64,000 nucleotides of DNA from Eledone cirrhosa (GCA_964016885.1 OZ024745.1:60636001-60700000); one strand, 5' to 3'; counted from the stretch's first letter, positions 1-14,017 are shown. Translations and numbers: made by a program. The notes: generated by a model not told the origin, from the sequence alone.

Positions 1-185
1 GGGGAAAGTCGATTAAATCGACTCCAGTGCGTGACAGGTACTTTATTTTATCGACCCCGAAAGGATGAAAGGCAAAGTAACCTCGGCGGGATTTGAACTC
101 AGATCATAAAGGGCCGTAACTCTATGCTGCAAAGCATGGCGTGCAACCATCTACCGGTACCAATCCACCAATCCACCGCCCTTGA
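1..185 (-). mobile_element. tRNA-derived SINE (central domain GCCTTTCATCC..GGTCGATAAA..AGTACC, MetaSINE-like)
   Basis: Reverse complement has a B-box-like GAGTTCAAATCCC followed by the conserved central domain; many copies in the window. Confidence 0.8.
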
Positions 186-199
186 ACATAAATAAATAA

Positions 200-335
200 T
201 TGTTTCTACTTTTGGCACAAGGCCAGCAATTATCCCAATGTATTACAGGTACTTTATTTTATCGACCCAGTAAGGATGAAAGACAAAGTTAACCTCGGCG
301 GGATTCGAACTCAGAATGGCAAGGGCCGTAACTAT
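200..335 (-). mobile_element. SINE, same family, truncated
   Basis: ggtactttattttatcgaccc..aaggatgaaag..cctcggcgggattcgaactcag. Confidence 0.75.
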
Positions 336-526
336 GTGTCAAAATATAATATAATGTGTGTTGTGTGTGTGTGTGTGTGTTATCGCTAGAGTTTTACACT
401 CACTCATAACAGATACAGATTTAAACTTATTTATCGTAACCTTGACATTAAAAATTTGATTCAAAGTACAATTGTTGACAGAAACTCTCACGTACGCATG
501 AACTGATATATATATATATATATATG

Positions 527-573
<47 letters not shown>

Positions 574-655
574 ATCTCCGCAATTTTAAACACACACATA
601 CACCCACACACGTATCCCCGCAGTTTTACACACTCACACACACGTATCTCCGCAG

Positions 656-744
<89 letters not shown>

Positions 745-859
745 TCACCGCAATTTTACATATACACACTTAAATGGGAATTTTCCATGTTGAAATTGCC
801 AGGATTGTTTCAGTTGATAGAAGTTTTTCCGACCTCGCCATACTTAGAATGCGAGATTT

Positions 860-914
<55 letters not shown>

Positions 915-916
<2 letters not shown>

Positions 917-1376
917 GGTTAACCTTAGAGGTGGCAACAAAAAACACTGCAATTGCCGTAAACCTAACAACTGTCCACTCCAAGGCTACTGCTTGATTAG
1001 AAACGTAATTTATAGATGCACAGTTACAAGTTTTAATAGTGTTAAGTCATACATAGGAGCTACTTCTGGGGAGTTCAAGACTAGATTTCGAGCGCATCTC
1101 CGCTCTTTTAGGAATAGGAAGCTTAGATACTCTACTTCCTTCGCTAATTATATTACCCAATTAACTGACTCCAACATTAACTACACCACACAATGGGTAA
1201 TTGTGAACCAAGCAACACCTTATAATTTCATAAAAAGCTGCCAGCTCTGGTTAAAGGAACTATATTATATAGTGCAAGCACCCCAGGAACTCATAAACAG
1301 TCGGGCCGAAACAGTCATCAATTGCGGCCACCGACTGCAACAATCATTCTACAGATGGACCCCAGCAACCGAATAA
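915..1376 (+). pseudogene. Penelope-like element GIY-YIG endonuclease fragment (5'-truncated)
   Basis: In-frame CNCRKPNNCPLQGYCL-IRNVIY..SYIGATSGEFKTRFRAH..SCQLWLKELYYI..LINSRAE..CGHR, typical of PLE C-terminal endonucleases; starts right after a (GT)n tract. Confidence 0.85.
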
Positions 1377-2017
1377 CCACTATAATACCTGAGGCTCTCA
1401 ACACCGCACCCTGGCCTGACCTGCCGGCGGTAGGTTTACCATTATACAGCGTGGAATAACACCATCATCTACCTACTGTTTTCCCACCAGGATGCTGCAC
1501 AGCACCTATTCAGTGGGGTCCACCCCGCTATATTCTTCCACTTGGCCGGACCAGGTTTAAGTAATCTTATGAACTTGCTGCCTGAACCCGAGTAACTTCT
1601 TAGATGAATTGATCACATGAACATACAACTTCGATCCAAATTGGCATTATTTTTCTAGGCCTTCAAATTCGCATCCAACGTGTCCCGTTACATTAGGTAT
1701 ACCCGTGTGCAGTGTTTAACGACTTTACCAATAGTCTATCATATTCACACCTAAACACGGCATGATTTATACTGAGTTGACCAACCCGCATATGTTAATT
1801 CCTTTTAAATAAAAAAAAAATGTTTCCCCATAGCTGGTATTGGTCATAAGTAATGCAGTAACTTTCAAAGGGTACCGGTAATTACCCCCCTTAACGAATT
1901 ATATCCCTTTCATCGGTGTTTATACCCATAACATCTAAAATCGCAATTCATAGCGATGTGATATTATTATACCCTCTCAGGGCTTTGTAATTATGGACTT
2001 TGCTATCTGAATATCTG

Positions 2018-2056
2018 GCTCCGACGAGCCCCCCTCGGTGAAACACGTGTAAGAGC
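2018..2056 (+). ncRNA. Degenerate minimal hammerhead ribozyme at the PLE 3' end
   Basis: gct-CCGACGA-gcc(cccctc)ggt-GAAAC-acgt-GTA-agagc; core variant, palindromic stem III; ~650 bp downstream of the GIY-YIG ORF. Confidence 0.55.
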
Positions 2057-2112
2057 TATATAAAGATATGTTTTAACGGCTTGTAACTCTTTCATTCACT
2101 CATACTTTTGCT

Positions 2113-2230
<118 letters not shown>

Positions 2231-2308
2231 CATGTATATATATATAATATATATATATACATATATATATATACATGTATATATATAATATATATATATA
2301 TTATATAT

Positions 2309-2379
<71 letters not shown>

Positions 2380-2387
2380 CATACATG

Positions 2388-2459
<72 letters not shown>

Positions 2460-2475
2460 CATATATATATATGTA

Positions 2476-2523
<48 letters not shown>

Positions 2524-2526
<3 letters not shown>

Positions 2527-2716
2527 GTTATTCCGGGTTGAATCGGAGGTAACCACAGTAAGTAAGGTACTCAATACATAGCAGAGTATAATAGTTTTAA
2601 TATAGATGAGATTCTACAGGACTAGAACTGTTTCATTCATTAGAAATCATCAGGAATTCCTGATGATTTCTAATGAATGAAACAGTTCTAGTCCTGTAGA
2701 ATCTCATCTATATTAA

Positions 2717-2722
<6 letters not shown>
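2524..2722. mobile_element. Non-autonomous HHR mini-element (family A) with a perfect 132-bp palindrome at 2591-2722
   Basis: Palindrome centred on gaa|ttc (2656/2657); each strand reads attc-CTGATGA-tttctaatgaat-GAAA-cag(ttctagtc)ctg-TA-gaat; (TA)n on both sides. Confidence 0.85.
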
Positions 2723-2753
<31 letters not shown>

Positions 2754-2783
2754 AAATCAAGAAAGAAGAGTGACATGGTTTGC

Positions 2784-2818
<35 letters not shown>

Positions 2819-2959
2819 TTAAAGGTTAAACAAGGTTCAATGAATAAATCAAAGAATGAGTTTTACAAAAGATTGGAAGCACTCAACAGTTATGGTTTTC
2901 CGGAGTTATTAATATTAATTCAAAATATTAACAAAAATAGAACGTCTTGTGATCAAGTA

Positions 2960-3026
2960 TATTTTATTATACATATTTCAGAGGTACTGAGCTAACTTCA
3001 ACAGTACGTCCTCATCAGATAAAATA
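2960..3026 (-). ncRNA. Type I hammerhead ribozyme
   Basis: tattttat-CTGATGA-ggacgtactg(loop)cagtacctct-GAAA-tatgt-ATA-ataaaata; 8-bp stem I, 10-position stem II. Confidence 0.85.
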
Positions 3027-3101
3027 AGATGATGCATGACATACCCTGACATAGTAGATGGTTAAGATTCAGTCATGATAGTGAGAATCATTCGGTTTCC
3101 T

Positions 3102-3380
3102 AAATAGAATTTTAGTCTACGACTTCAGTTATACCATTTACGTGGTTTTGACTTTGCGTGTAATTGTTCTCATTGCTCCGCATAATGACATATTATCTTC
3201 GTTTTTTCCGTTCATTGCCAGAGAACGTCTCCATGAACCACCTAATAGAATATTAGTCTACGACTTCATTTATACCATAAACGTGGTTTTGTCTTTGCGT
3301 GTAATTGTTTTCACCGCACCAAATAATGACGTATTATCTTCGTTTTTTCCCGTTCTTTGCCAGGGAACGTTTCCACGAAC
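3102..3380 (+). repeat. Diverged ~140-bp tandem duplication
   Basis: aatagaat..tagtctacgacttca..cgtggttttg..ctttgcgtgtaattgtt occurs twice. Confidence 0.75.
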
Positions 3381-3544
3381 CAAAGTATCGTCTTCCTGTC
3401 TTCCTTCGGCTGCAACGTTTTTTTTAAATATTTACTTCTGCGTTCACAGATTGACTTTTTTTAGTTTCAGAAGATCCCGTTAAGGGTGTAAGCAGCGATT
3501 CTTTGCTTAAACTTTAATCTGTTATTTTAATATATATATATATA

Positions 3545-4554
3545 CTAGCAGCTGAGCCCGGTTGCACCCCGGGCCACTTTTTATTAAGTTAATAATTTGA
3601 AAAATATTATTGAAAGTTTATTATAAAGAAGCAGTTTTAGGGAAAAAAATAGAAATATGCACTTGGGGCTGGACGGCGTACAATGAGAAGTGGAGCGACG
3701 TGAAAAGCATTGTTTATTAACAGCGAAATAGCAATGTCGATGATATGCAATTTGAAAAATACTACTTACTGTTAGTGGTGGTTAACATGTATTAGAATTA
3801 AAATAAAAACACGCGTCCCTTCTTCGCGATTTAAGGGTTTTATTTCTTTTGGTGGAAAACAGTGACCGTACTGCAGAATCGATTTCATAAAACGGTACTG
3901 CATGATCGTTAAATGTAGAAGGATGATAGTTTATTAACAGCGAAATAGCAATGTCGATGATATGCAAGTTTAAAAATGCATATAATTGTTTCTACTTTTG
4001 GCACAAGGCCAGAAATTACCCAGTACAATACTGGTACTTTATTTTATCGACCCCGTAAGGATGAAAGGCAAAGTTAACCTCGGCGGGATTTGAACTCAGA
4101 TCGTAAAGGGAAGTAACTATGCTGGAAAGCATGTCCGACCCTCTACCGATACTGCCAATCCACCAAAAATGCATATAATGAAGGTTTGTATGATAGTTTA
4201 CACTTTTTCCTGAAACTGCTTCTTTATAATAAACTTTCAATAATATTTTTCAAATTATTGGTACTGTATGTTAACAGCGAAAGAACGTTGATGAGTTTAA
4301 AAATGTGTATGAAATTGTAAATAAGACAAAAGTATTAGAACAGGGGGAAATAACTCACCGAACGTGATAGTTTTGGGGCCCCAGGGACCACATTTTTCAA
4401 GTTAGAGATTTGAAACCTCGTCTATTTGCTTCCTTGGCACGTTTTACATAGGTGTGTAAATTTTCATGTCCGTCCGACCACGTCTACTACCATTTAACCG
4501 TGCACATCTGAATTTCAACCACCGCCCATTTCACAAATATATATTAGAAACCCT

Positions 4555-4560
<6 letters not shown>
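3545..4560 (-). mobile_element. Non-autonomous Helitron-like element
   Basis: Minus strand ends in hairpin gcccgg(ggtgcaa)ccgggc followed by CTAG|T; far end lies in (TA)n; internal inverted repeat ~3592-3637 / ~4213-4258. Confidence 0.6.
3985..4165 (-). mobile_element. SINE inserted in the Helitron-like element
   Basis: Same family as 1-185; aaaatgcatata occurs on both sides, like a target duplication. Confidence 0.8.
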
Positions 4561-4606
<46 letters not shown>

Positions 4607-4789
4607 AGGGTTGACGGACCCACCATATTTCTCAATGCCAGTACCGGTTGTATCTCAGCGCACTCAATGGGCATATGATTCCAGTTCCTCAGTGAAATAA
4701 CAACCCAACCAGGAACTGGGCATATCAGAGTATTGACAATATTATACACCCCAACAACATATGTACTTGTCTATACCACACTAATTCAA

Positions 4790-4844
4790 ACTGCCTGAAG
4801 AGGTCACAGCCAAAGATGGCTGTCACTGAAATATATATAGCAGT
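4790..4844 (+). ncRNA. Type I hammerhead ribozyme
   Basis: actgc-CTGAAGA-ggtcacagcc(aaagat)ggctgtcact-GAAA-tatat-ATA-gcagt; within a ~400-bp element bounded by (TA)n. Confidence 0.85.
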
Positions 4845-5016
4845 AATAAACGAAGCTAAATTTTAAACATTTGACTTTTTATTTAACTTTATTTTACATT
4901 ACTCCGGAGTAACCAAACCAACCTGCGCACTTCGTCGAGTGCTCCAGCCTGCATACTGAGGCGTTGGTATACAACCAACATATACTCAAAATCTATATAT
5001 TTATATATATATATAT

Positions 5017-5195
5017 GGATTGGCAGTATCGGTAGAGAGTCGGACGCCATGCTTTCCAGCATAGTTACGTCTATTTACGGTCTGAGTTCAAATCCCGCCG
5101 AGGTTAACTTTGCCTTTCATCCTTACGGAGTCGATAAAATAAAGTACCAGTAATGTATTGGAAAAATTGCTGGCCTTGTCTCAAAAGTAGAAACA
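5017..5195 (+). mobile_element. SINE (same family)
   Basis: ggattggcagtatcggtagag..gagttcaaatcccgccgaggttaactttgcctttcatcc. Confidence 0.8.
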
Positions 5196-5295
5196 TATAT
5201 ATATATAATGGAAAAATTTGAACAGGAAGAAAACAGAGAGGCAGTACAACGAATATTTATTAATTTCACGCTCTGGAGAGTGGGGTGTTGGTGGG

Positions 5296-5330
5296 GAACG
5301 ACGTTTCGGGCATAAGCCCTTCCTCAGGTG
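5296..5330 (-). ncRNA. Minimal hammerhead motif of the PLE 3' pLTR
   Basis: cac-CTGAGGA-agggc(ttat)gccc-GAAAC-GTC-gtt; loopless ACGT palindromic stem III (dimer-type); weak stem I. Confidence 0.7.
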
Positions 5331-6824
5331 AGAAGTGTGTGGGAAGAGAGTTCAAAGGGTGTGTAGGGGAGTGGTGGAGAGACATATAGCGAAAGGAAAC
5401 GGTGCGAATGAAATTAAAAATAAAAATAAAAATAAAAATAAAGCATGATCAAAATACAAGGAATGAAATAAATTTAAATATAAAAGCATGATCAAAATAA
5501 ACTGAAATTAAAAGGGGGGTAAAACAGGTGGTGGAAGGGTGTGGGGTGTGTAGGGGTGGTGGCGGGTGGAGTGGGGAGAGGGAGACGGGGTGTCCGAGCG
5601 GGGAGGGCTGAAGGTGGTGTGTGTGTGTAGGTGTACGTGTGTGTGAGTGTGTGTGTATGTGAAAGTAAGGGTTGGGGGAAGAACGGGGTTGCATGTTCAG
5701 GAAGAGGGGGGGGTTGTAGGTCGGAGTGTCTGTGCGTGCGTGGATAGAGGGGTGGGGGAGAGGAATCAGGAGGCTGAGGGTGTAAATATGTGGTGGAAAG
5801 CACGTGTGTGTGGGGTTTAAGCGTGTTGTGGGTGTAGGTGGCGTGTGGAGAAAAAAAATGTTGGGGTGTGTGTGTGTGGGTGAGTTATATAGGTGATTAC
5901 GTAAGAGGATGGTTGAAAAGTTGGTAAAATCCGATGATGTTTAGTGGATTCTGTGGTGGTCAAGTTCTACGTACGAGTATTCCATGAAGCGATGGTCAGA
6001 AGAGGAGAGATGTGGGGTGCGCGCGCAACAGGAAGTGGTCAAGCAGTGGGAGTGCTGTGTGTCTGTTTGTGCTGGGAGGTGGTCAGAGGGCATAGCAGCA
6101 GTCGGTGGAATGGTAAAGGGGCGAGGGTGGGTAGGTGTGAAAGTTGGAGTGAGGAGGGGGTATGTGTGTGTATTAGTAGAGGTGTTAGTGGGATGAGTGA
6201 GTGTGGAGCGAGGGTATGGGTGGAGCGGGGAGAGAAGGGTGTGTGTAGTTCTATGGAGGGAGTGTGGTGTACTGGTGTGTGTGTAGTTTGATGAAGGGGT
6301 GTTAGTGGGTGTTAGTATACGGGAGGTGGGGAGGGGTTGAATGCAGGTGTGAGTGGGGGTTAGTGGTGGTAGGGTGTGTAGAGTTGGTGGTGTACGAGGG
6401 TGTGTGGGTACGTGTGCGTGGGGTTGGGGGTGTTAGTGATGTTAGTTGCGTGTGGGGTGGGTGGTGTAAGTGGGTGCGTGTGTTCGTGTGCTTGGGGTCA
6501 GGGGGTGTTAGTGATGTTAGTTGCGGGGTGGTGGGATGGAGGTGTGGGGGTGAGGGTTAGTGGTGGTAGTAGGGTGTGTGTTTAGTGTGAGCGCGTGTAT
6601 ATATGTGCCGGTGGGTGTGTGCGTGTGATAAGGAGGTGGAGGAGGGGAAGAAGGGAGGGATGTTAGTATGTTAGTTGGGGAAGGGTGGTCAGATGAGGGG
6701 TGGAGTGGAGGTGTTAGTATTGTTAGTTGTGGGGTGGGCGATGAAAAGGAGGGGTGTGTTAGTGGTTTTAGTGGGGATAAGTGTGGGGGGAGGGGGCGGT
6801 CGAAGGCTAAAGGAATAAGGGTGG

Positions 6825-8270
6825 GGAGTTCAGGCCGGGGGGAGTGTGGCTCTGTAAGATGAAGATAGTTCTTTGTTCGATTCTAAGGCGATTGGCGGGT
6901 GTTCCGTGGCACTGGAGTAGGCCACAGACTGTGAGATGGCGTGCGGAATGTCCAGGGCCACCAAAGTGGCGGGCGATGGGGGAACTACCCCCGAGACGAA
7001 TATCCCGGAGGTGCTCAGTGAATCGGTCCGCCAGGCGACGTCCCGTCTGTCCGACAAAAGTCGCGCTGCACTCCGTGCAGGGAAGTCCGTAGACTAGGTT
7101 GGAGGAGGTGCAGCGGAAGGCATGCCGGACAGAGAGAGAGTGGCCGTTGGGACCCTGGAAGGTGGTGGTGTTGGTGATGTGGGGACAGGTGTTGCAGCGG
7201 GGCCTAGAACAGGGAAAGGAACCGGGGGGGGGGAGCTGTGGACGAGGAGGGTGCGGAGATTGCGTGCGCGTTTGAAGGAGGGGAGTGGTGGGGTTGGGAA
7301 GATGTGGGAGGTGGAGGGGTCGGACTGGAGGCGTCGGAAGAGGCGGCGGATGGTGCGGTGGAGGGGTAAGGTGGAGGGGTGGTAGATGATGGGGAAGGGG
7401 AGACGGTGGGTGGGTGTGCGGTGGCGTGGGGTGAGGGTGGTGGAGCGGGGGACAGCACGGGCGCGGGTGAGAGCGGTGTGGACGAGAGAGGGGGGTAACC
7501 TCTGCGGATGAAATGGCTGACTAGGGAAAGGGCCTGGGACTCAAAGTCAGCATCTCGGCTACAGAGGCGGCGGATCCTGAGAAGTTGGGAGTAGGGAATG
7601 GAGTGTTTAGTATGGGTGGGGTGGGAATAGGTGAAGTCGAGGTAAGAGTGGGAGTCGGTGGGTTTGAAGAAGGCGGAGGTGACGAGGGAGTGGTGGGAGG
7701 GGTCGAAGGCGACGGAGATGTCTAAGAAGTGGACGTGGGTGGTGGAGATAGAGGTGGTGAAGTGGAGGGAGGGGTGGAAGGAGCAGAAGAAGGAGAGGAA
7801 GGAGTCGAGCTGTTCTCGGGTGAGGGTCGTGGCTCCGATACAGTCGTCAATGTAACGACCGTACAGTTCGGGCGTGGGGCCGGTGTACTGGGCAAAGATT
7901 TGGGCCTCAACATGGCCAACAAAAAGGTTGGCATAGTTCGGGCCCATTCTTGTACCCATGGCTACCCCCGTCACCTGTTGGTAAAACTCACCCGAGAAGG
8001 AGAAACAGTTCAGGGTGAGGACCAGCTCGGCGAGGCGAAGGAGGGTGGGGGTGGGGGGAATGGGGGAGAGGCGAAGGTCGAGGTAGTGTTTGAGGGCGCG
8101 TAGGCCGTCGGCGTGGGGGATGACGGTATAGAGGGACTTGATGTCTAGGGTGAAGAGGAAGGGCTGTGGGCCGGGTGGGTAGGTGAAGGAGTCGAAAAGG
8201 CGCAGGGCGTGGTTGGTGTCGGAGATGTGGGAGGGGAGGGTGGTGACAAGGGGGACGAGGATGGAGATAA
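6825..8270 (-). pseudogene. PLE reverse transcriptase + GIY-YIG endonuclease, frameshifted near 7490
   Basis: TLDIKSLYTVIPH, QVTGVAMGTRMGPNYANLF, RYIDD, FLDI, FKPTD..YL..HP..SIPYSQ; then in another frame PCSRPRCNTC and NLVYGLPCTECSATFVGQTGRRLADRFTEH..PPGLN. Confidence 0.92.
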
Positions 8271-8282
8271 AATTTAAAAAAA

Positions 8283-8834
8283 TGTCTGCAGTTCTGTTTA
8301 TATGCCAACGTATTCTACTGACATGGCTTAAAAATGAGGCTTGTTTACATAATTGCAAACGAATCGAATGTTATTAATATTCGCAAAACTCAGATTACAT
8401 TTATTGTATTCAGCGATGTAGAGCGAACATTTTTGTATTTTATTTGAATGTGGCAAAGCCGGCCATTTATCGCTGGTGTACAGGAAACTGACTAGCCCGT
8501 CTGCTGATATGCAAATTTGGCTGATCAGTGGATCTGCTAATATGCAGATCTGACTGAACAGCCAGTCATCTAATATGCAAATCAGGCCAATCAGTCACTG
8601 TATATTTTAGAAAATATCATATATTTTCACTAGCTCTGACAGTCGGCACGTGAACAGTGAGCTGTACTGATGAAGGGTGATACCCAGAAACATTAGTGTC
8701 CGCAGTTCTGTTTACATGCCAACACAAGAGCAACAATGAGGGGCTCATTCTACTGACATGGCTTTAAAAATGAGGCTTGTTTGCATAATTGCAAACGAAT
8801 CGAATGTTATTAATATTCGAAAAACTCAGATTAC

Positions 8835-8840
<6 letters not shown>
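8283..8840 (+). mobile_element. Retrozyme/pLTR-like non-coding element: 414-bp unit with ~120-140-bp direct repeats
   Basis: 8283-8404 repeated at 8697-8840; the repeat starts at the predicted HHR cleavage triplet; ends in (TA)n. Confidence 0.75.
8661..8706 (+). ncRNA. Type I hammerhead ribozyme
   Basis: gctgta-CTGATGA-agggt(gat)accca-GAAAC-attagt-GTC-cgcagt (tgcagt in the upstream copy, restoring stem I). Confidence 0.75.
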
Positions 8841-8890
<50 letters not shown>

Positions 8891-8905
8891 CATTCAAGTT
8901 TAAGC

Positions 8906-8977
<72 letters not shown>

Positions 8978-9344
8978 TTAAATATCAATTAGTTTCTAAT
9001 ACTTAAAAATCTCAATGAATGAATTAAAATATATAGATAACATATCAAGCACAGAGAAACAATATTACATATTAAATTTAAGTGAGTATAAGTTTTATGG
9101 CAGTATAGGTCAGACGGACTTAGAAAGTTTATTTTAATGGCGTGACGTTGTTACCAAGGTAACACCAGCTCAGCTGATTAATCCCGCTCTCACTCTCCTC
9201 TCTCTCTTCCTCTCTCTCTCACTCTTAATTTTGACATCTGATATCTCATGTTCAGTTAATAGCTATGGCTCGTTATTATTAGTAATAGTGATTTCAAACT
9301 TTGAGATAGAGGCCATAAATGAAGTCCTTTCAACAATTTTAAAT

Positions 9345-9860
9345 ATATCACTTAATGGTAAGGTGTAAAAACCAAACTCTCTATCTTCAATTCGGTATTC
9401 GTACTAACCTTCACCTATGGTCATGAATCTTGGGTAATGACCGAAAGAATAAGATCGCAAATACAAGCGGCCGAAACGGGATTCCTCCGAAGGGTCTTTG
9501 GAGTAACGTTACTTGATAAAATGCGTAGTTCTGAGAACAGAGAGTCACTCCAGGTAGAGCCGCTACTCCTCCCAATTGAGAGATCATAGCTCCGATACTA
9601 CGGGCATATGGTTGGAATGTCTCAGGAAAGACTCGCTGGATAGAACAGAATTTAGGGGCAAAAACCAATCTGCAAGAGACCCAGATGTAGACCCCAAGCA
9701 ATATGGTTGAATAACATCCATGGGCGCGGCTGGTTTCGCTTGGGGATCCAGTCGGATCAGTAAGAGACGGTTGCTTCTGACAGGACGCGCTGGAAGGAGT
9801 GTTTGATGACTCTGCCCCCATGACTCTCCCAGGAATAATTGAGCGAAGAAGAAGAAGAAG
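9345..9860 (+). pseudogene. RTE-clade LINE 3' fragment
   Basis: KTKLSIFNSVFV..TYGHESWVMTERIRSQIQAAETGFLRRVFGVTLLDK..LRYYGH; stops present; (GAA)n tail. Confidence 0.8.
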
Positions 9861-10160
9861 GATCAAGCAACGAAACAAAGGGAGCGAGGCACCGTCATTA
9901 TTTACGGCTTATTTTGAGCCTTTTAAACCTGGCGGAGCCCATCGGTCTAGACACAGGTGATTTCTTCCAGAGAAGGTGAGAGAGTCCACCTGGTTGTGGT
10001 AGGGTTGATAACGTTGTTAGACCTCAATGTAGCCTATGAAAGATAGTTGCGGCGAGAATCGGCAGTGTGACCAGTAGTTCCTGGGGTAGGTGATCACCGC
10101 CTCAGGCAGTGGTTCTCAACCTTTTTTGGGTTATATATTTGTATATATATATATATATAT

Positions 10161-10238
<78 letters not shown>

Positions 10239-10344
10239 ATATGTATGTATATATATATATATATATGTATACAAATATATATATATATATATTTGTATAT
10301 ATATATATATATATATATATACAAATATATATATATAGATATAT

Positions 10345-10388
<44 letters not shown>

Positions 10389-10400
10389 ATATATATATAC

Positions 10401-10480
<80 letters not shown>

Positions 10481-10483
<3 letters not shown>

Positions 10484-10637
10484 AACAAGTAAGACCCCGA
10501 CGGCTGAGTTCAAGCCGTTTCGACGGCTAATTCGTCGAAACGGCTTGAGCTCAGCCGTCGGGGTCTTACTTGTTCCTATTACCCACTCTACTACCCTAAG
10601 TATTGAGTACTTTGGTGCGTTATGGTCCACCTGGTTC
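10481..10637 (+). mobile_element. HHR-half fold-back mini-element (family B)
   Basis: Near-perfect hairpin 10481-10577 containing GAAA-cggc(ttgagctca)gcc-GTC-ggggtc; flanked by (TA)n; second copy at 43441-43584. Confidence 0.75.
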
Positions 10638-10655
10638 CTTACCACATTTCCTTCG

Positions 10656-10716
<61 letters not shown>

Positions 10717-10753
10717 TATACATACATATATATATATACATATATATATATAC

Positions 10754-11232
<479 letters not shown>

Positions 11233-11233
11233 C

Positions 11234-11284
<51 letters not shown>

Positions 11285-11285
11285 G

Positions 11286-11321
<36 letters not shown>

Positions 11322-11342
11322 CACACATGTATATATATATAC

Positions 11343-11426
<84 letters not shown>

Positions 11427-11602
11427 GTATATGTATATATATGTATATATATATATATATGTATATATATATACATATATATATATATATACATATATAT
11501 GTATATATATATATATACATATATATGTATATATATATATATACATATATATATGTATATATATATATGTATATATATATATATGTATATATATATGTAT
11601 AT

Positions 11603-11648
<46 letters not shown>

Positions 11649-11705
11649 GTATATATATATATGTATATATATATATGTGTATATATATATAAACATATAG
11701 ATATG

Positions 11706-11736
<31 letters not shown>

Positions 11737-11816
11737 GTAAATATATATATAAACATATATATATGTATATATATATACATATATATATATGTATATATAT
11801 ATATACATATATATAC

Positions 11817-11865
<49 letters not shown>

Positions 11866-11966
11866 AATATATATATATACATATATATATACATATATAT
11901 ATATACACATATATATATATACATATATATATATACATATATATGTATATATATGTATATATATAC

Positions 11967-11997
<31 letters not shown>

Positions 11998-12167
11998 AAC
12001 ATATATATATATATAAACATATATATATACATATATATATACATATATATATATACATATATATGTATATATATGTATATATATATATATGTATATATAT
12101 ATATGTATATATATTTATATATATGTATATGTATATATATATATGTATATGTATATATATATATATG

Positions 12168-12217
<50 letters not shown>

Positions 12218-12219
12218 TG

Positions 12220-12321
<102 letters not shown>

Positions 12322-12368
12322 TATATACATATATATATATATACATATATATATACATATATATATAT

Positions 12369-12410
<42 letters not shown>

Positions 12411-12605
12411 TGCCCCCTTGTTATCAAGTATGGCCATTGCACGATATACAATTATTAATAATTATTAATTAATTCTATCATGCAATTCCTGTGCGTCAAG
12501 ATATTTTTTAAAGTAAGGAAAGACTGTGCACTGAGCAAATCCCACTATCTGAGCAACAGTAGCTATAACCCGAAAAGAAGAAAAGGTCAACATCATCGGT
12601 AACTA

Positions 12606-12669
<64 letters not shown>

Positions 12670-12725
12670 AATTAATAAAAACAATGAATAAAAACAAAGA
12701 AACAGTTCCTTATATTAAAAAATTC

Positions 12726-13080
<355 letters not shown>

Positions 13081-13389
13081 GTATATGTATATATATGTAT
13101 ATATATATATATATGTATATATATATACATATATATATATATATACATATATATGTATATATATATATATACATATATATATCTATATATATATATGTAT
13201 ATATATATATATGTATATATATATGTATATATATATATGTATATATATATATATGTATATATATATGTATATATATATGTATATATATATATGTATATGT
13301 ATGTATATATATATATGTATATATATATATATGTATATATATATATGTATATATATATATGTGTATATATATATAAACATATAGATATG

Positions 13390-13422
<33 letters not shown>

Positions 13423-13502
13423 GTAAATATATATATAAACATATATATATGTATATATATATACATATATATATATGTATATATATATATACATATATAT
13501 AC

Positions 13503-13553
<51 letters not shown>

Positions 13554-13795
13554 AATATATATATATACATATATATATACATATATATATATACACATAT
13601 ATATATATATACATATATATATATACATATATATATGTATATATATGTATATATATACATATATATATATATACATATGTATATATATAAACATATATAT
13701 ATATATAAATATATATATATACATATATATATACATATATATATACATATATATATATACATATATATGTATATATATGTATATATATATATATG

Positions 13796-13827
<32 letters not shown>

Positions 13828-13869
13828 TGTATATGTATATATATATGTATATGTATATATATATATATG

Positions 13870-13901
<32 letters not shown>

Positions 13902-13913
13902 TATACACACATG

Positions 13914-14017
<104 letters not shown>

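Larger units (their letters stand above)
5205..8270 (-). mobile_element. Penelope-like retrotransposon (Neptune-like), 5'-truncated
   Basis: RT, Cys linker and GIY-YIG coding region, ~1.5-kb C/A-rich 3' region, HHR motif near the 3' end. Confidence 0.85.

Noticed and set aside
1565-1612. Possible SECIS in the PLE 3' region (ATGA..AA..GA)
   Set aside because: Stem pairing weak and no in-frame TGA in the surviving ORF
8271-8358. N-terminus of ORF 7204..8358 as the PLE start
   Set aside because: It reads into the neighbouring HHR element; the RT is 5'-truncated and the ORF is chimeric
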